Source of the DNA: an uncultured Chthonomonadaceae bacterium
GTDB lineage: Bacteria > Armatimonadota > Chthonomonadetes > Chthonomonadales > Chthonomonadaceae
Length of the DNA: 64,000 bases
Reading direction: 5' to 3'
Assembly: GCA_963835065.1 (NCBI GenBank)
Contig: CAWIEK010000045.1
Coordinates: 1-64,000 of the forward strand
In this document: one piece after another, positions 10,158 through 20,979 of the stretch
How the letters are laid out: the number at the start of each line of letters is the position of its first letter
Numbering within the stretch: position 1 is the stretch's first letter
The notes under the pieces: generated by a model
The model's input: the letters and a program-made list of their open reading frames with translations, nothing else
Databases searched by the model: none
What the model was told of the DNA's origin: nothing
Translations under genes and position numbers: made by a program

Positions 10158-11618
10158 TCAAGGGTGAGTTTCAGATTGCGGCGGCAGGGGGCAGGCGATG
10201 ATGAAGGCGGTGCAATGGTTGTCGTGGAGCAGGGAGGGATAGGCTTGCTGCGCGGTGGCAAACGTTGTTGAGTCCCGCGTTCCGTCCGCTCGGCCTTCGA
10301 TAAACACTTCGCCGCCATGCGCTTCCACGATTCTGCGCGCGGAAAGCAGGCCCAATCCTGTTCCTTCCACCTGGGCATGTGTATCCAAACGGCCAAAAGC
10401 GACAAAAAGCTGGTCGGCCTGCGCTTTAGAGATACCCTTGCCCGTCATGCCCTCATCCGCAATCGCAATCAGCAGGTAAGGTTCCGCTTTGCGCCACAGG
10501 ATATGCACTTCGCCGTCGCTGTATTTCAGGGCGTTGCCGATCAGGTTCATAAAAACGGTTGTGAGTTTCATCGCGTCGGCATGGATTTCCACATCGTCGC
10601 CGTCCTGAACGATTTTCCTGCCGTCCGCAAAGCGGGGCTTCTGATAGTGAATCCCCGCTTCCACCAACTGCCGAACCGAAACCGGCTTGAGTTCAACGGG
10701 GATCGGCTTGCCTTCGAGTACCCGCGTTTGCTCCATCAGCGACAGGCGCAGGTGGTTGAGCATTTCGGCTCCCGCCGTGATAATGCCGGTAAATTCTTTG
10801 AGCGTTTCCTTGTCCGTATCTCCGGTTTCCAGAAACATTTCCAGGGTTTGCGCGCCCATCTGCATCGAAGCGAGGGGATTTCCCAAATCGTGAACCACGC
10901 CGCCGATAGCCTGGCTGAGAATTTGCAGCATGGCTTCCGTCCGCTCGCGCTTGCGCTGTTCGCCCGCGCGCTCCAGATCAAGCAGGTAATTGGCGACGAA
11001 TGCGCGCCGCGCATAAAGTTCCAGCGAGTAACAGGTGGCTAACCCAATGACGTTGGCGGCCAGAATAAAGTAAACGTTGTTCAGGAAAATGAAGCGACCA
11101 TGCGGAACGGCAAAGATGCGCTGGCTAAAAATCGCGGCGATAAGATATGCGGCTACAAGAGTTAAGTTGGTAACTGTGGCGTACCAGAATCGCAGCCGGA
11201 GAAAGCAGTAGCCCACCATGCAGATCAACAGCAGGCCCAACGGATAGAACAAGTAGCCCAATTCATCGGGCTGCGCCAATGCCGCCATCGCAATCACGCC
11301 AATTCCGGCAGGAGGCAACTGCATGGTCGCAATCGGCTGCATCCAGCGGCGAAAAACAGGCAGGAAACTGACAAACAGAATACATAGGAGGAGAGGAGCG
11401 ACCAACCCGTAGCGGATAAACCAGACGGCATGCATCGCGGACGGCACGGCGTAGGGGTCGAGAACGCCAAACAGCATCCAGATCACGGCGGACGCGGTCA
11501 GCGCAACCCGGCACAGCGCCAGGGAATTGTCGGCATACTCCTTGAGAAAAAGCGTTTCGAGCGCGTCGGGGAAGCGCAGCCGTTTCGCGCAGGCCATCAA
11601 CTCGGCAAAATCGTCCAC
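10158..11618 (-). CDS. Membrane sensor histidine kinase
   Basis: About 6 TM helices; HDLGNPL H-box, NLIGNALKYS N-box, DEG, and GTGLGL G2-box. Confidence 0.9.
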   Translation of the reverse strand: MDDFAELMACAKRLRFPDALETLFLKEYADNSLALCRVALTASAVIWMLFGVLDPYAVPSAMHAVWFIRYGLVAPLLLCILFVSFLPVFRRWMQPIATMQLPPAGIGVIAMAALAQPDELGYLFYPLGLLLICMVGYCFLRLRFWYATVTNLTLVAAYLIAAIFSQRIFAVPHGRFIFLNNVYFILAANVIGLATCYSLELYARRAFVANYLLDLERAGEQRKRERTEAMLQILSQAIGGVVHDLGNPLASMQMGAQTLEMFLETGDTDKETLKEFTGIITAGAEMLNHLRLSLMEQTRVLEGKPIPVELKPVSVRQLVEAGIHYQKPRFADGRKIVQDGDDVEIHADAMKLTTVFMNLIGNALKYSDGEVHILWRKAEPYLLIAIADEGMTGKGISKAQADQLFVAFGRLDTHAQVEGTGLGLLSARRIVEAHGGEVFIEGRADGTRDSTTFATAQQAYPSLLHDNHCTAFIIACPLPPQSETHP

Positions 11619-11891
11619 GACACCTCCGCTAAAATCAGGCTCGCCCTAACAGCAGTTGATAGTTGATAGTTCGTAGTTGATAGAAACTCAGGAACTACGA
11701 ACTTTCAGCGCATTGCCGCTTCGTGGAAAAGCCCGCCACTGGTAGAATCACGTAACTGGTAGTCTTCGCTATAGTATACCCAACCTCTCAAGTTTACGTG
11801 GCTTGCCCGCTACAAGCCGCGCAGTTTGTTGCCTACAAAATCGTTTCCCTTGATGCCTGAATTGCTGTCGAGCGCAAATGTTCGGACTTTC

Positions 11892-12704
11892 CTATCCTTT
11901 GTTTTTCGGCGTCATAAACGCCCATTGCTGCGGGCCGTTCCGAAACTCCGAAACCGCGATATGCTGTTGTTCTGTCGGCAGGAAATCTATCGGTGGGTAA
12001 TCTGCGGGATTTCTTTTCAACGTGTCAATGAGGACGATGTTGTGGGAAAGGCGGAAGCGATTTGTTATTTCCTGCGTGGCTCCGGGATTCAAGTGGTCGT
12101 GAAGTTCTACCAAAATATCCGCTTTCGTCAATGCGGGCGCGATGGACGGCTGAAGCAATTCGGTTTCGTAACCTTCGCAATCACAGATGACAAGCGCGCG
12201 GCCTTGCAGCGTTTGCTGTAGCACTTGCGCATCACAGAAACCTGAAATAATCACCTTCTGCTCTACATGGTTCTTTTTGGCGAGGGAACGGCATAGCTCC
12301 TGCGCATGGGGATTGATATCAAAGGCGACTATCTTCGGCGTCGGCTGCATCCGCAGAGCCAGCCCGACCACGTAAAAACCTTCGGCGCTCCCGACATCAA
12401 CCACTGTGTCATAACGCGACGTGAGGATTTGCTCGAAAACGTCATGCAGTTCACACTCATAACTCCCGATGAGCTTTGGCAGGAAGGAAGAACCCGCCAA
12501 CTCGGTGATATACTCCATTCCGGCGAACGGGCCGCTCAACACTCGCGAACCATACCGCTCGACAAGCGCCGCAGCAATCTTCGGAACCCCCTGCTGCGCC
12601 ATAACCTTCTGCCCGTGCCGGTTGATCCGCGCGGCCATAATCGCATCGTATTGTTTTGGCGCTATCGCATGAAGCACAGCCTTAATCTGCCTCTTCACCA
12701 ACAC
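11892..12704 (-). CDS. Class I SAM-dependent methyltransferase-like protein (start uncertain)
   Basis: VVDVGSAEGFY SAM-binding motif, VAFDIN and ICDCEGYE. Confidence 0.75.
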   Translation of the reverse strand: MLVKRQIKAVLHAIAPKQYDAIMAARINRHGQKVMAQQGVPKIAAALVERYGSRVLSGPFAGMEYITELAGSSFLPKLIGSYECELHDVFEQILTSRYDTVVDVGSAEGFYVVGLALRMQPTPKIVAFDINPHAQELCRSLAKKNHVEQKVIISGFCDAQVLQQTLQGRALVICDCEGYETELLQPSIAPALTKADILVELHDHLNPGATQEITNRFRLSHNIVLIDTLKRNPADYPPIDFLPTEQQHIAVSEFRNGPQQWAFMTPKNKG

Positions 12705-12863
12705 ATTTCCTTTCCCACCGCGTATCCGCTTCCAATACCCGATAGCCTGCCGCGTCCGAGTATCCAACCGCGCTTCCAGCAACGCAATCCGCGCGTCCTG
12801 TTTGACGACTTCCTGCTGCAGAGGTATAATGAAGAACATCTTAATGGCATAGGAGACAACACA

Positions 12864-13139
12864 ATGCCTCATACGCGATTGCGCAGCGAAGATATTGACC
12901 GGCGCGGACGCGAATTGTACGAGCAGACGTTGCGCCCGCTTGTGGAAACGTCGGAAAACATCGGCAAAATCATCTCTATTGATGTCGAAACCGGGGATTA
13001 CGCCATTGCCGACGACCTGATTTCCGCCGGAGACGCAGTGCTTGCCCGCCATCCCGACGCGGCTATGTACGGCGCAAGGATTGGCTACAATGCCGTATAC
13101 GCTTTGGGCGGAACCTTGACGCGGACGGTCACGCCATGA
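12864..13139 (+). CDS. Small protein of the type encoded upstream of clan AA proteases (DUF5678-like)
   Basis: RRGRELYEQTLRP...GKIISIDVETGDY...ARIG; AGGAG RBS; ATGA overlap with the protease gene. Confidence 0.75.
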   Translation: MPHTRLRSEDIDRRGRELYEQTLRPLVETSENIGKIISIDVETGDYAIADDLISAGDAVLARHPDAAMYGARIGYNAVYALGGTLTRTVTP

Positions 13140-13504
13140 ACGGCTACGTTTCCGGGCAACAGCCCTGCCTCGACGTTGTTCTGTTATTACAAGGACGGCA
13201 AATCAAAATTCAGTTTGTCGTAGATACCGGGTTTGATGGTGCGCTGACATTGCCTGCTCAAGCCATCGCAGCCTTGAACCTGTCGTTCTATCAACGCATC
13301 AGCGCTAATCTTGCCGATGATAGCAACTTCATGGTAGACGTATACCGGGCAACCATTCTCTGGCATGGACAAACACTGGACGTGGCCGTACTTGCAATGG
13401 GCCAACGCCCTCTGCTTGGCACATCCCTGCTAAATGGGAGTGATCTCCACATCCACTTTGAAGATGGAGGCCCGCTTACTCTCAATCTATTCGGCAACGG
13501 CTGA
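13136..13504 (+). CDS. Clan AA aspartic protease (AF_0612-like)
   Basis: VVDTGFDGALTLP catalytic motif and PLLGTSLL. Confidence 0.85.
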   Translation: MNGYVSGQQPCLDVVLLLQGRQIKIQFVVDTGFDGALTLPAQAIAALNLSFYQRISANLADDSNFMVDVYRATILWHGQTLDVAVLAMGQRPLLGTSLLNGSDLHIHFEDGGPLTLNLFGNG

Positions 13505-13652
13505 CACGCTTGCACGTTTCCGGCGGCAGTGTGAGCCAACCTGTAAAACCGGTATCCACGACAGCAGGACGTTTATGCTCCTGCCCATTCACGTCATGCA
13601 AGATTATCTCGATGATCGGTTCACGGTCAGAATTGACGTTTCCAGTAATCAT
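13482..13652 (-). pseudogene. Truncated clan AA aspartic protease (56 aa)
   Basis: Manual translation MITGNVNSDREPIIEIILHDVNGQEHKRPAVVDTGFTGWLTLPPE...; lacks the C-terminal half; ATGA-coupled to 13649-13924. Confidence 0.75.
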
Positions 13653-13924
13653 GCGGTTCCTCGCACACGCCCCGCGCCGAAGCGACGAATATAGTCATAG
13701 CCAATGCGCAGCATCCACGTTTGCGCATCGGGAACTCGCTGGCGCAAGCGGTCACTTGCCATCATTTCGCTGGCGTCCATCTCCCATAATCCCGTTTCGA
13801 TGGCAATGGCAACATACTTGCCTTTATTGTCCGCTTCCACGTGGGAACGTATATCGCGTTCGTAGATTTCGTTGCCGCGTCGGGCAAACTCCTCTTTCGG
13901 GTAACGGCGCGTGTTCACGAGCAT
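13649..13924 (-). CDS. Small protein paralogous to 12864-13139
   Basis: FARRGNEIYERDIR...GKYVAIAIETG...LRIG; GGAG RBS. Confidence 0.75.
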   Translation of the reverse strand: MLVNTRRYPKEEFARRGNEIYERDIRSHVEADNKGKYVAIAIETGLWEMDASEMMASDRLRQRVPDAQTWMLRIGYDYIRRFGAGRVRGTA

Positions 13925-14033
13925 CCCGTCTCCTCCATGCAAAAGTGGAGTGCAATGAACTGCACTCCGCTTCAGTATACACCAGAAATTGCCAACACAA
14001 ATGAACAGCAATCGGCACAGGCATCTTCATTAT

Positions 14034-15443
14034 TTAGCGGCCCAAGCCGAGCGATGCGGCGATAAACAGTACTATTCCGCCTGCGATGAGAGGAAGCAGG
14101 ACACGCTTTGTCAGGGATAGCGTCATGGTTCCGATTTCCCTGTCCGTCGCGCCCTTTGCGCTGACGAGCGTGGCGCATAAAATAGCGACGGCGGCGGCGG
14201 GACTCATGGTGCGCCCGAAGTGCGACCCCATTGCCGACAGGATGCCCATTTGCGCGGCATTGAGGCGCATGGCGGCGGCGGCGGGAACAAGGGCGCGCAT
14301 CATGGAACTCGCCGCGCCCGCTCCTGAACCCGATAACGCCGCCAATCCCCAGGGCAGAACCAGGCTCGCCAGCAATGCCGGTCCCGGACGCCCCGAAAGT
14401 TTACCTACCATGCTCTGAATCAAGCCATTCGCTTTGATGCCCTCCGCAAACAGCGTGGCGCAAACCGTAATTGAGATGACGTGCGAGTACGCAAATCCCA
14501 TGCCCTCAAAGAACGCGCTTGCCAGCTTGCCGGTTTGTCGCGGCGACGATAGGGCTGCCGCAACGCATCCAATCAGCATCGCGGCCAGTACGGCAACGTG
14601 GTCATGAAACGGTTTGAGCAGCGCCAGATGCGAAGCCCCGAACAGCAGCGCGAGAGGAATAAACGGCACGGCGGCTTTCATCGGGCTGATGACGAACGGA
14701 GGATGTTGGGTGTTCAGGTATTCAGGTGTTGGGTGTTGGGTGTTGGGTGTTGGGGGGTGAAGCGCGTCTTCGGCGCTGTCGAGCGTGGAGGATGCGCGGT
14801 GTTTGCGCTCTTCGGTTGTGGCAAGCCTCCAGTAGACCAGCAGGGCTGTTGCGCAGGCAAGCGCGTTCAGCAGCATGGAACGCTGCGCAAGCGCAACCGC
14901 GGGAATCTTGGTCAGATCGGACAGCGTAACGGTTTCTACAGCAGCAGGATTGAACAATTCGCCGCCCATAGACGTTCCCAACAGCAGCAGCGATCCCACT
15001 GTTACCGGTGAAATGCCTTTTTGCAGCAGCAGGGGCACGGCAATGGAACCGACAACGGCTACCGCGCCGGACTGACTGACAATCGCCATATTCACGACAT
15101 ACCCGGCCACAATACAGCCGGGAATCAGCAGAGCGCGGGCAATGGGATGCTCCAGCGGGCGCAGCAGCAATTGCACCAAATGCCTGTCACACTCCGTAGC
15201 CCGCAGCACATACGCAAATCCCATCGAAGCGCAGATCGGAATCACGGTTCTTGGGTTGGTCAGCTCGGCAGCCATCTTTTCTATCATTTCCGGCAGCCGA
15301 TTTGCAAGCGCAAACAAAGCCACAGAAGCCACGAGCAGCACCAGCCGCACTTCCACGCGCCGCAGCAACATGACGACTACAATGATAATAATAGCGAGGC
15401 AGCCCAACGTGTGCAACATTCTTCGCTCCTTTTGCGCTGACAT
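14034..15443 (-). CDS. DcuC-like C4-dicarboxylate transporter
   Basis: Multi-TM; PICASMGFAYV, GGELFNP, LSGSG and FGRTMSP motifs. Confidence 0.8.
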   Translation of the reverse strand: MSAQKERRMLHTLGCLAIIIIVVVMLLRRVEVRLVLLVASVALFALANRLPEMIEKMAAELTNPRTVIPICASMGFAYVLRATECDRHLVQLLLRPLEHPIARALLIPGCIVAGYVVNMAIVSQSGAVAVVGSIAVPLLLQKGISPVTVGSLLLLGTSMGGELFNPAAVETVTLSDLTKIPAVALAQRSMLLNALACATALLVYWRLATTEERKHRASSTLDSAEDALHPPTPNTQHPTPEYLNTQHPPFVISPMKAAVPFIPLALLFGASHLALLKPFHDHVAVLAAMLIGCVAAALSSPRQTGKLASAFFEGMGFAYSHVISITVCATLFAEGIKANGLIQSMVGKLSGRPGPALLASLVLPWGLAALSGSGAGAASSMMRALVPAAAAMRLNAAQMGILSAMGSHFGRTMSPAAAVAILCATLVSAKGATDREIGTMTLSLTKRVLLPLIAGGIVLFIAASLGLGR

Positions 15444-15549
15444 CCCTCAATCACACTTCTGCGTACCGCCTTACAGCAAGCAGCAGCTATTCAGAACGCG
15501 CAATTCGACACTCGGCTACCATTTTCCTCAACATCCTGCAGAAAAAGCA

Positions 15550-15587
15550 AAAGCGCCGCTTTGTTCACATGAACAAAGCGGCGCTTT
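15550..15587. terminator. Hairpin terminator downstream of ftsH
   Basis: aaagcgccgctttgttca / tgaacaaagcggcgcttt perfect inverted repeat. Confidence 0.7.
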
Positions 15588-15697
15588 GCAGCATACCTGA
15601 ATACGAAGTTGCCTGATAACTGTTAAACCCCTGCTCTAAAGTATGAGATAGCCCTTCTCCCAGGCTTTTTGGGAGAAGGGTTGGGGTGAGGGCCGCT

Positions 15698-17689
15698 TTA
15701 CGCCGGTTCGGGGCGCAGTCCCTGCGTTTGGATGCGCGGACGCTCCGGTTCCGGGGTGACAACCGTTGTGCCGGTTGTGGGCGGAACGGTGGGCGGCGTC
15801 AGGGCGTTGCGGCGAATATCGTCCGCATTGGCCGTGCCGTCCAGAAGCGCAATGAACTCATCGCGGCTCAGAGATTCGCGCTCCAGCAGCACATCGGCGA
15901 TCTCGTCCATCTTGGCGCGGTTCTCGGTCAGGATTTCGCGCGCCCGCTGATAGCCCTGATCAATAAACATGCGGACTTCTTCGTCAATGGCTTTGGCGAT
16001 TTCCTCGCTGTAGTCGCGGTCTTCCATCAGGTCGCGGCCCAGGAACGGGTTGCCGTGCCGCCGGCCCAGGCGAACCATGCCCAACCGCTCGGACATGCCG
16101 TACTCGCACACCATCGCCCGCGCCACATCCGTCACCTGATTCAAGTCCTGCACCGCGCCCGTCGTCACATCCTGAAACACGAGTTCTTCCGCCACGCGCC
16201 CGCCCAGGCTGGCCGCAATGTCGTCCATCATGTCCTGCTTGGTGCGCAGGGATTCCTCTTTGGGCAGGAACCACGTCGCGCCGCCGCTCATGCCGCGCGG
16301 AATCACCGTGATCTTGTACACCGGGTCGGCGTTGGGGAGTTTCGCGGCAACAATCGCGTGTCCCAGTTCGTGATAGGCCACGACGCGCAGTTTGCGCTCC
16401 GAATTCATGCGCGTTTTGCGCTCCGGCCCCATCAACACGCGGTCGCGCGCTTCGTCGAACTCGGCCATTGCGATCTTGCTTTTGTCGCGCCGGGCGGCCA
16501 GAATAGCCGCTTCGTTCACGACGTTCATAATGTCCGCGCCCGTGAAGCCGGGAGTCAGGCGGGCCAGCGTTTCCACGTTGATGTCGTCTTCCACGGGCTT
16601 GCCGCGCAGGTGGACATTGAAGATAGCCTTGCGTCCCACCACATCGGGAGCATCCACAACCACGCGCCTGTCGAAGCGACCGGGGCGCAGGAGCGCGGGA
16701 TCCAGAACGTCGGGGCGGTTGGTTGCCGCGATCATAATCACGCCCGCGTTTGGATCGAAGCCGTCCATTTCCACGAGCAGTTGGTTCAGGGTCTGTTCGC
16801 GCTCATCGTGTCCCCCGCCCAAACCCGCGCCGCGCTGCCGTCCAACCGCGTCAATTTCGTCAATAAAGATCAGTGACGGGCGGTTGCTTTTGGCGGTGTC
16901 AAACAGGTCGCGGACGCGGCTTGCGCCCACGCCGACAAACATCTCGACAAAATCGGAACCGGAAATATGGAAGAACGGTACGCCCGCTTCCCCCGCCACA
17001 GCCCGCGCCAGCATGGTTTTGCCGCAGCCGGGAGGTCCGAGCAGCAAAACGCCTTTGGGAATTTTCGCGCCAAGCGCTTGAAACTTTTTGGCATTTTTCA
17101 GGAACTCTACGATTTCCGCCAGTTCCTGCTTGGCTTCTTCCACGCCCGCCACTTCATCAAACGTCACTTTCGGCACATTTTCCGTCAGCCGCTTGGCTTT
17201 GCTGCGCCCGAAGTTCAACGCCTGATTGCCGCCTGATTGCGCCTGCCGCATGAAAAACAGATAAAACAGCGCGATCAGCACGACGGGGAAAAGCGCCATT
17301 GTGAGCAGCGTTTGAATAAACTCGCTCATAATGGGCGGCTTGAAAGTATGCGCGATGTTGTTCTTTTCCAGTTTGGTGTACAATGCCGCGCGGGATTCGG
17401 GCGCGTCGGGCAGTTTGGTCGCCACCACTTTATCATTACTGCCGGCGGGAGTCTGTCGAAAGGTCAGAACCACATCGTCCTTCTGGATAGCAATATCTTC
17501 GATCTGCGCAGCATTATGCTCGACGTAGCCGAGGAAGGCGCTGTAAGAAACGGTTTTGGGCGCTCCCATACCTGGCAGCCCCGGCGCTTTCACGACCACA
17601 ACAATCGCCATCACCACCAGAATAATGATAATGATGCGCGTTCCATTCATGCCTGTCTTCAAATCAACCTCCTCCGGCGTCGCCTGCAC
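15698..17689 (-). CDS. ftsH: ATP-dependent zinc metalloprotease FtsH (start may be the ATG at 17650)
   Basis: Two TM helices; [24 protein letters not shown] and HELGH motifs. Confidence 0.97.
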   Translation of the reverse strand: MQATPEEVDLKTGMNGTRIIIIILVVMAIVVVVKAPGLPGMGAPKTVSYSAFLGYVEHNAAQIEDIAIQKDDVVLTFRQTPAGSNDKVVATKLPDAPESRAALYTKLEKNNIAHTFKPPIMSEFIQTLLTMALFPVVLIALFYLFFMRQAQSGGNQALNFGRSKAKRLTENVPKVTFDEVAGVEEAKQELAEIVEFLKNAKKFQALGAKIPKGVLLLGPPGCGKTMLARAVAGEAGVPFFHISGSDFVEMFVGVGASRVRDLFDTAKSNRPSLIFIDEIDAVGRQRGAGLGGGHDEREQTLNQLLVEMDGFDPNAGVIMIAATNRPDVLDPALLRPGRFDRRVVVDAPDVVGRKAIFNVHLRGKPVEDDINVETLARLTPGFTGADIMNVVNEAAILAARRDKSKIAMAEFDEARDRVLMGPERKTRMNSERKLRVVAYHELGHAIVAAKLPNADPVYKITVIPRGMSGGATWFLPKEESLRTKQDMMDDIAASLGGRVAEELVFQDVTTGAVQDLNQVTDVARAMVCEYGMSERLGMVRLGRRHGNPFLGRDLMEDRDYSEEIAKAIDEEVRMFIDQGYQRAREILTENRAKMDEIADVLLERESLSRDEFIALLDGTANADDIRRNALTPPTVPPTTGTTVVTPEPERPRIQTQGLRPEPA

Positions 17690-17819
17690 AAAGGATCAGG
17701 CCAACGCAGGCTGTTACGGCAAATCCCTGCTATTATAGCACACAATTGCATACATGGCCTTGTTTCCCGCACATTCCGTTCTGCGCAAAGCGGGTTAAAT
17801 CTCACGGGCTATGTCCTAC

Positions 17820-19418
17820 TCATTGGTACAGAAACAATACCGCCAACAGTTCCCGCGCTTCTGCATCCGCGCCGACTTTTCCCTGCGCGTTTGCAAATGC
17901 CTGCAAAAATGCGGCATCAAGCGCAGCATCCTCGCAGGACAAGCGACACGCAAGCAGAGCCGTTTCCTCCGCCCGCCATTCCCCCACCGCCAATATACGC
18001 CCTTTATTTTCTTCAGTGAGCAGGGGAATGTGAGAGCGTTCAGATGCGGGAATTTTCAAGTCCGTAAACAAATCCTGAATTTTCTTCGTGCCGTTCAGTC
18101 CGCGCGGGCGTATCCGGTCGCCGGGCTGCCATGAGCGGACAGTCAACGCCAATTGTACCCGCGTTCGCTGCCAAAGAACTATCTGGCCGCGCCAATTATT
18201 TCCTATATCCGATGCTGCCCCTGCTTGCGTTTCGCGCTGCCATGCGTGGCGTAAATCTTCCAGCGCGTCCGGCAGTTCATCAGGCAAGCACGTTCGCGTG
18301 ATAACAACAACGCTGCGCCCCGGCACAACGGTACGTCCCGGAACCAATACGGAACGTTCCCACGGAACGGCTTGCGCGGGGGGAGGTACGCGCATGAAAT
18401 CAATGTTCGTTTCATCGCAATGAACGCGCAGAGTTCCGCCACTACCAACCGGCAATTCTCGCGTTCCTTCACGCCCGCTTGCCGCCAGTTCCAAGATTGC
18501 TTCAACCGCTTCAAAGGTAACGTTTTGTAAATCGCCGCGCATCTGCATAATCGCCTGCCGCAACGCGCGACGCTGCAAGGCTTTGGGCAGCAGCCGGAGT
18601 TTTTCACCCGATAAGCGCAGCGTGTTGGAAGCATTGGAAGACGCGGGAAGGCAGAGGTCATTGCAGGTAACATCGGCAAGCGCTTGGGCGGCAAGGGCGT
18701 CGAGCAGCGCGTTGTCTTCAAACGCGAGGTCCGCCAGCCGCAGCAGCGCCTCGTCCGCTTTTAGGTTGTAGTACGTCCGCAGTTGGGGCAGCAGTTCCGC
18801 GCGAACCCGGTTACGCCGGTAGGTCAGTTTTGCGTTGGAACTGTCGTGGCGCGGCTCCAAGTTAAAGTGGCGGCAATACTGCTCCACTTGCAGGCGCGTA
18901 ACGTCATAAAGGGGGCGAATCAGGGGAAGCGCGACGGGCGGAAAACCTGCCAATCCTTCCAGTCCACTGCCGCGCACAATGTTGAGGAGAACCGTTTCAG
19001 TTCGATCATCGCGGGTATGCGCAAGGGCAATACGTTCCGCGCCTGCTTCGGCTGCGACCCGCCGTAAACACGCATGACGTACCTCTCGTGCCGCCTGCTG
19101 CGCGGAAAGATGACGGCGTTTTTGCAGCGCAGGCACATCTACACTTTCAGTACGGCAAGGCACGTTCAAGCCGCCGCAAAGCGCCCGAACGTACTCTGCG
19201 TCTTCATCCGCCTCTGCGCCCCGAAAACCATGATTGACATGACACGCGACAAGGGACAATCGCCACTCGTCGCGCAAATGTGCCAGCACGTGAAGCAGCG
19301 CTACACTGTCCGGCCCGCCCGACACGCCAACCACAACCGTTTGCCCCGGCGCCAGCATGTTGTCACGCTGCACAGTGGCAAGCAAAATTGCAGGCAGGAC
19401 AGGCTCCGGTTCGGACAT
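17820..19418 (-). CDS. tilS: tRNA(Ile)-lysidine synthase
   Basis: GVSGGPDSVAL, HVNHG, AHTRDD and RNRVR; C-terminal GDRI...TKKIQDLF; upstream of ftsH. Confidence 0.93.
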   Translation of the reverse strand: MSEPEPVLPAILLATVQRDNMLAPGQTVVVGVSGGPDSVALLHVLAHLRDEWRLSLVACHVNHGFRGAEADEDAEYVRALCGGLNVPCRTESVDVPALQKRRHLSAQQAAREVRHACLRRVAAEAGAERIALAHTRDDRTETVLLNIVRGSGLEGLAGFPPVALPLIRPLYDVTRLQVEQYCRHFNLEPRHDSSNAKLTYRRNRVRAELLPQLRTYYNLKADEALLRLADLAFEDNALLDALAAQALADVTCNDLCLPASSNASNTLRLSGEKLRLLPKALQRRALRQAIMQMRGDLQNVTFEAVEAILELAASGREGTRELPVGSGGTLRVHCDETNIDFMRVPPPAQAVPWERSVLVPGRTVVPGRSVVVITRTCLPDELPDALEDLRHAWQRETQAGAASDIGNNWRGQIVLWQRTRVQLALTVRSWQPGDRIRPRGLNGTKKIQDLFTDLKIPASERSHIPLLTEENKGRILAVGEWRAEETALLACRLSCEDAALDAAFLQAFANAQGKVGADAEARELLAVLFLYQ

Positions 19419-19444
19419 ATCGGAATTCGCTTTCAACCGACCAT

Positions 19445-20809
19445 CTATTCTTCCATGTCGCTGTGCGCCCCGGAGTTTGCGCTTAATGGCTGTCGGCTTT
19501 TGGCCCACGCAGGCAGGAAGGGAATAAATATGCCCCCGGCGACGGTAAACACAAAACCTACCCACACAGCAGACTGCCAGCCGTATGTAATCGTATGCCC
19601 ATGCTCCGGGCCAAAAAAGTCGTACAGCCAGCCGCCGAATTTATCGGCCCACGCTGCCGCAAACGCAATCGCCGCCATAATCAGGCCGTACACCATGCCC
19701 TCGATACCGGGCGGGCAGGCGCGCGCCGCAAGGGTAAACAGGCATAGATTGTACAGCGTGCCGATTAACGCCAACGCGAACGCCACGAATTTAGCGCTTG
19801 GAGCGTCGTGCAGAAGCATTAGAACCGGGTAACTGATGCAGTCCATCAGCCACGCGGCGATAACGAGGGAGATAACGGGCAGCCTGCGCGAACCGACCAT
19901 AAACAACAGCAGGGCAAGCGCAATACCCGCCGAGCCATACGCCTGCAAGTCCCCGATGAACTGCTTGGACAGGCGCAGCACGTCGGTTTCATAGTAGATT
20001 TGCGCCGTATTCACGCCGGGCGTCAAAATCAGGTAGAACACAAATCCGGTAATCGCCCACAATCCGGGGGATTTTACCGCATTGCGCAGCGCGGCCTTAC
20101 GCGCCAATCGCGTTTCCTGCTCCGATTGCGCATTTTCACGGGCAATTGGCAGCGTCTCGTCCGCATCCGTCTGCCGGGTATATTCAACGCGATTGTCAAT
20201 CAGCAACAGCGCAAGCGGAACAAACAGGAAGGACAGGAGGGCGGCGGTTCCAAAGGCGCGGGAATACGACCAGTCTTGCGTGACGTGTCCCGCCAGTTTT
20301 GCCGTATACGCGATGCTCAAAACCATCGGCACGAACTGCTGCAAGGACTTGAAGCGTCCGAACATCCCGGTGTCGTTCCCAACCGCAACAAGCACGGCAT
20401 TGACGGCGACGCCGGCAAAAATGCCGAACATGCCCGACACCAACAGGAGCAAAACCACTGCCGCATACGTGTACTGATGCAGTATTGCCAGCCCCGCCAA
20501 GCCCAATGTACCGGCCAGATGGCCCACAACGTAATAGGAGCGTCGGCGATAGCCGAACAAAGGAAACGTATCCGACCAGGCTCCCATGAACGGCTGCACA
20601 TACAGAGGCAAACCCAGTATCAGTCCCAGCGTTCCCACCGCGTTCGCATCCAGGCGCAGTTGCTCTTTATAAAGGAACGTCGTTTTCTCAACCGTCATTG
20701 CGCCCATAAGCGCGGCAAGAATCGAGCCGAGAACCACAAATAGCGTCGTACGCGCTGCCGGGTTCAGCCCTGTCGTCAGGGAAGAGGAAGACAGAGGCGC
20801 AGTAAACAT
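19445..20809 (-). CDS. MFS transporter (BT1/folate-biopterin-like)
   Basis: About 12 TM; SDTFPLFGYRRRSY and LAARACPPGIEG. Confidence 0.8.
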   Translation of the reverse strand: MFTAPLSSSSLTTGLNPAARTTLFVVLGSILAALMGAMTVEKTTFLYKEQLRLDANAVGTLGLILGLPLYVQPFMGAWSDTFPLFGYRRRSYYVVGHLAGTLGLAGLAILHQYTYAAVVLLLLVSGMFGIFAGVAVNAVLVAVGNDTGMFGRFKSLQQFVPMVLSIAYTAKLAGHVTQDWSYSRAFGTAALLSFLFVPLALLLIDNRVEYTRQTDADETLPIARENAQSEQETRLARKAALRNAVKSPGLWAITGFVFYLILTPGVNTAQIYYETDVLRLSKQFIGDLQAYGSAGIALALLLFMVGSRRLPVISLVIAAWLMDCISYPVLMLLHDAPSAKFVAFALALIGTLYNLCLFTLAARACPPGIEGMVYGLIMAAIAFAAAWADKFGGWLYDFFGPEHGHTITYGWQSAVWVGFVFTVAGGIFIPFLPAWAKSRQPLSANSGAHSDMEE

Positions 20810-20859
20810 CGCTTTTTGTCTCCTACCCTTCAAGGCTGAGAAGTCCGGCGCGTTATCTA

Positions 20860-20976
20860 CCGGGGATTTTTAATCCCCGGCAACACAAAACAAGTGTCCT
20901 GCGGACGCGATTCTATAGTTAATAGCGCGTCTGAAAGACGCTTGCACTTTCCTGCCGGGGATTTTCAATCCTCGGC
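20860..20976. repeat. REP-like palindrome pair (CCGGGGATTTTyAATCCyCGG)
   Basis: Copies at about 20860-20880 and 20955-20975; related inverted copy at about 5818-5838. Confidence 0.55.
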
Positions 20977-20979
20977 GCG

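Noticed and set aside
12705..13052. Long N-terminal extension of the methyltransferase ORF
   Set aside because: Overlaps the plus-strand gene 12864-13139; a better RBS and start lie near 12704
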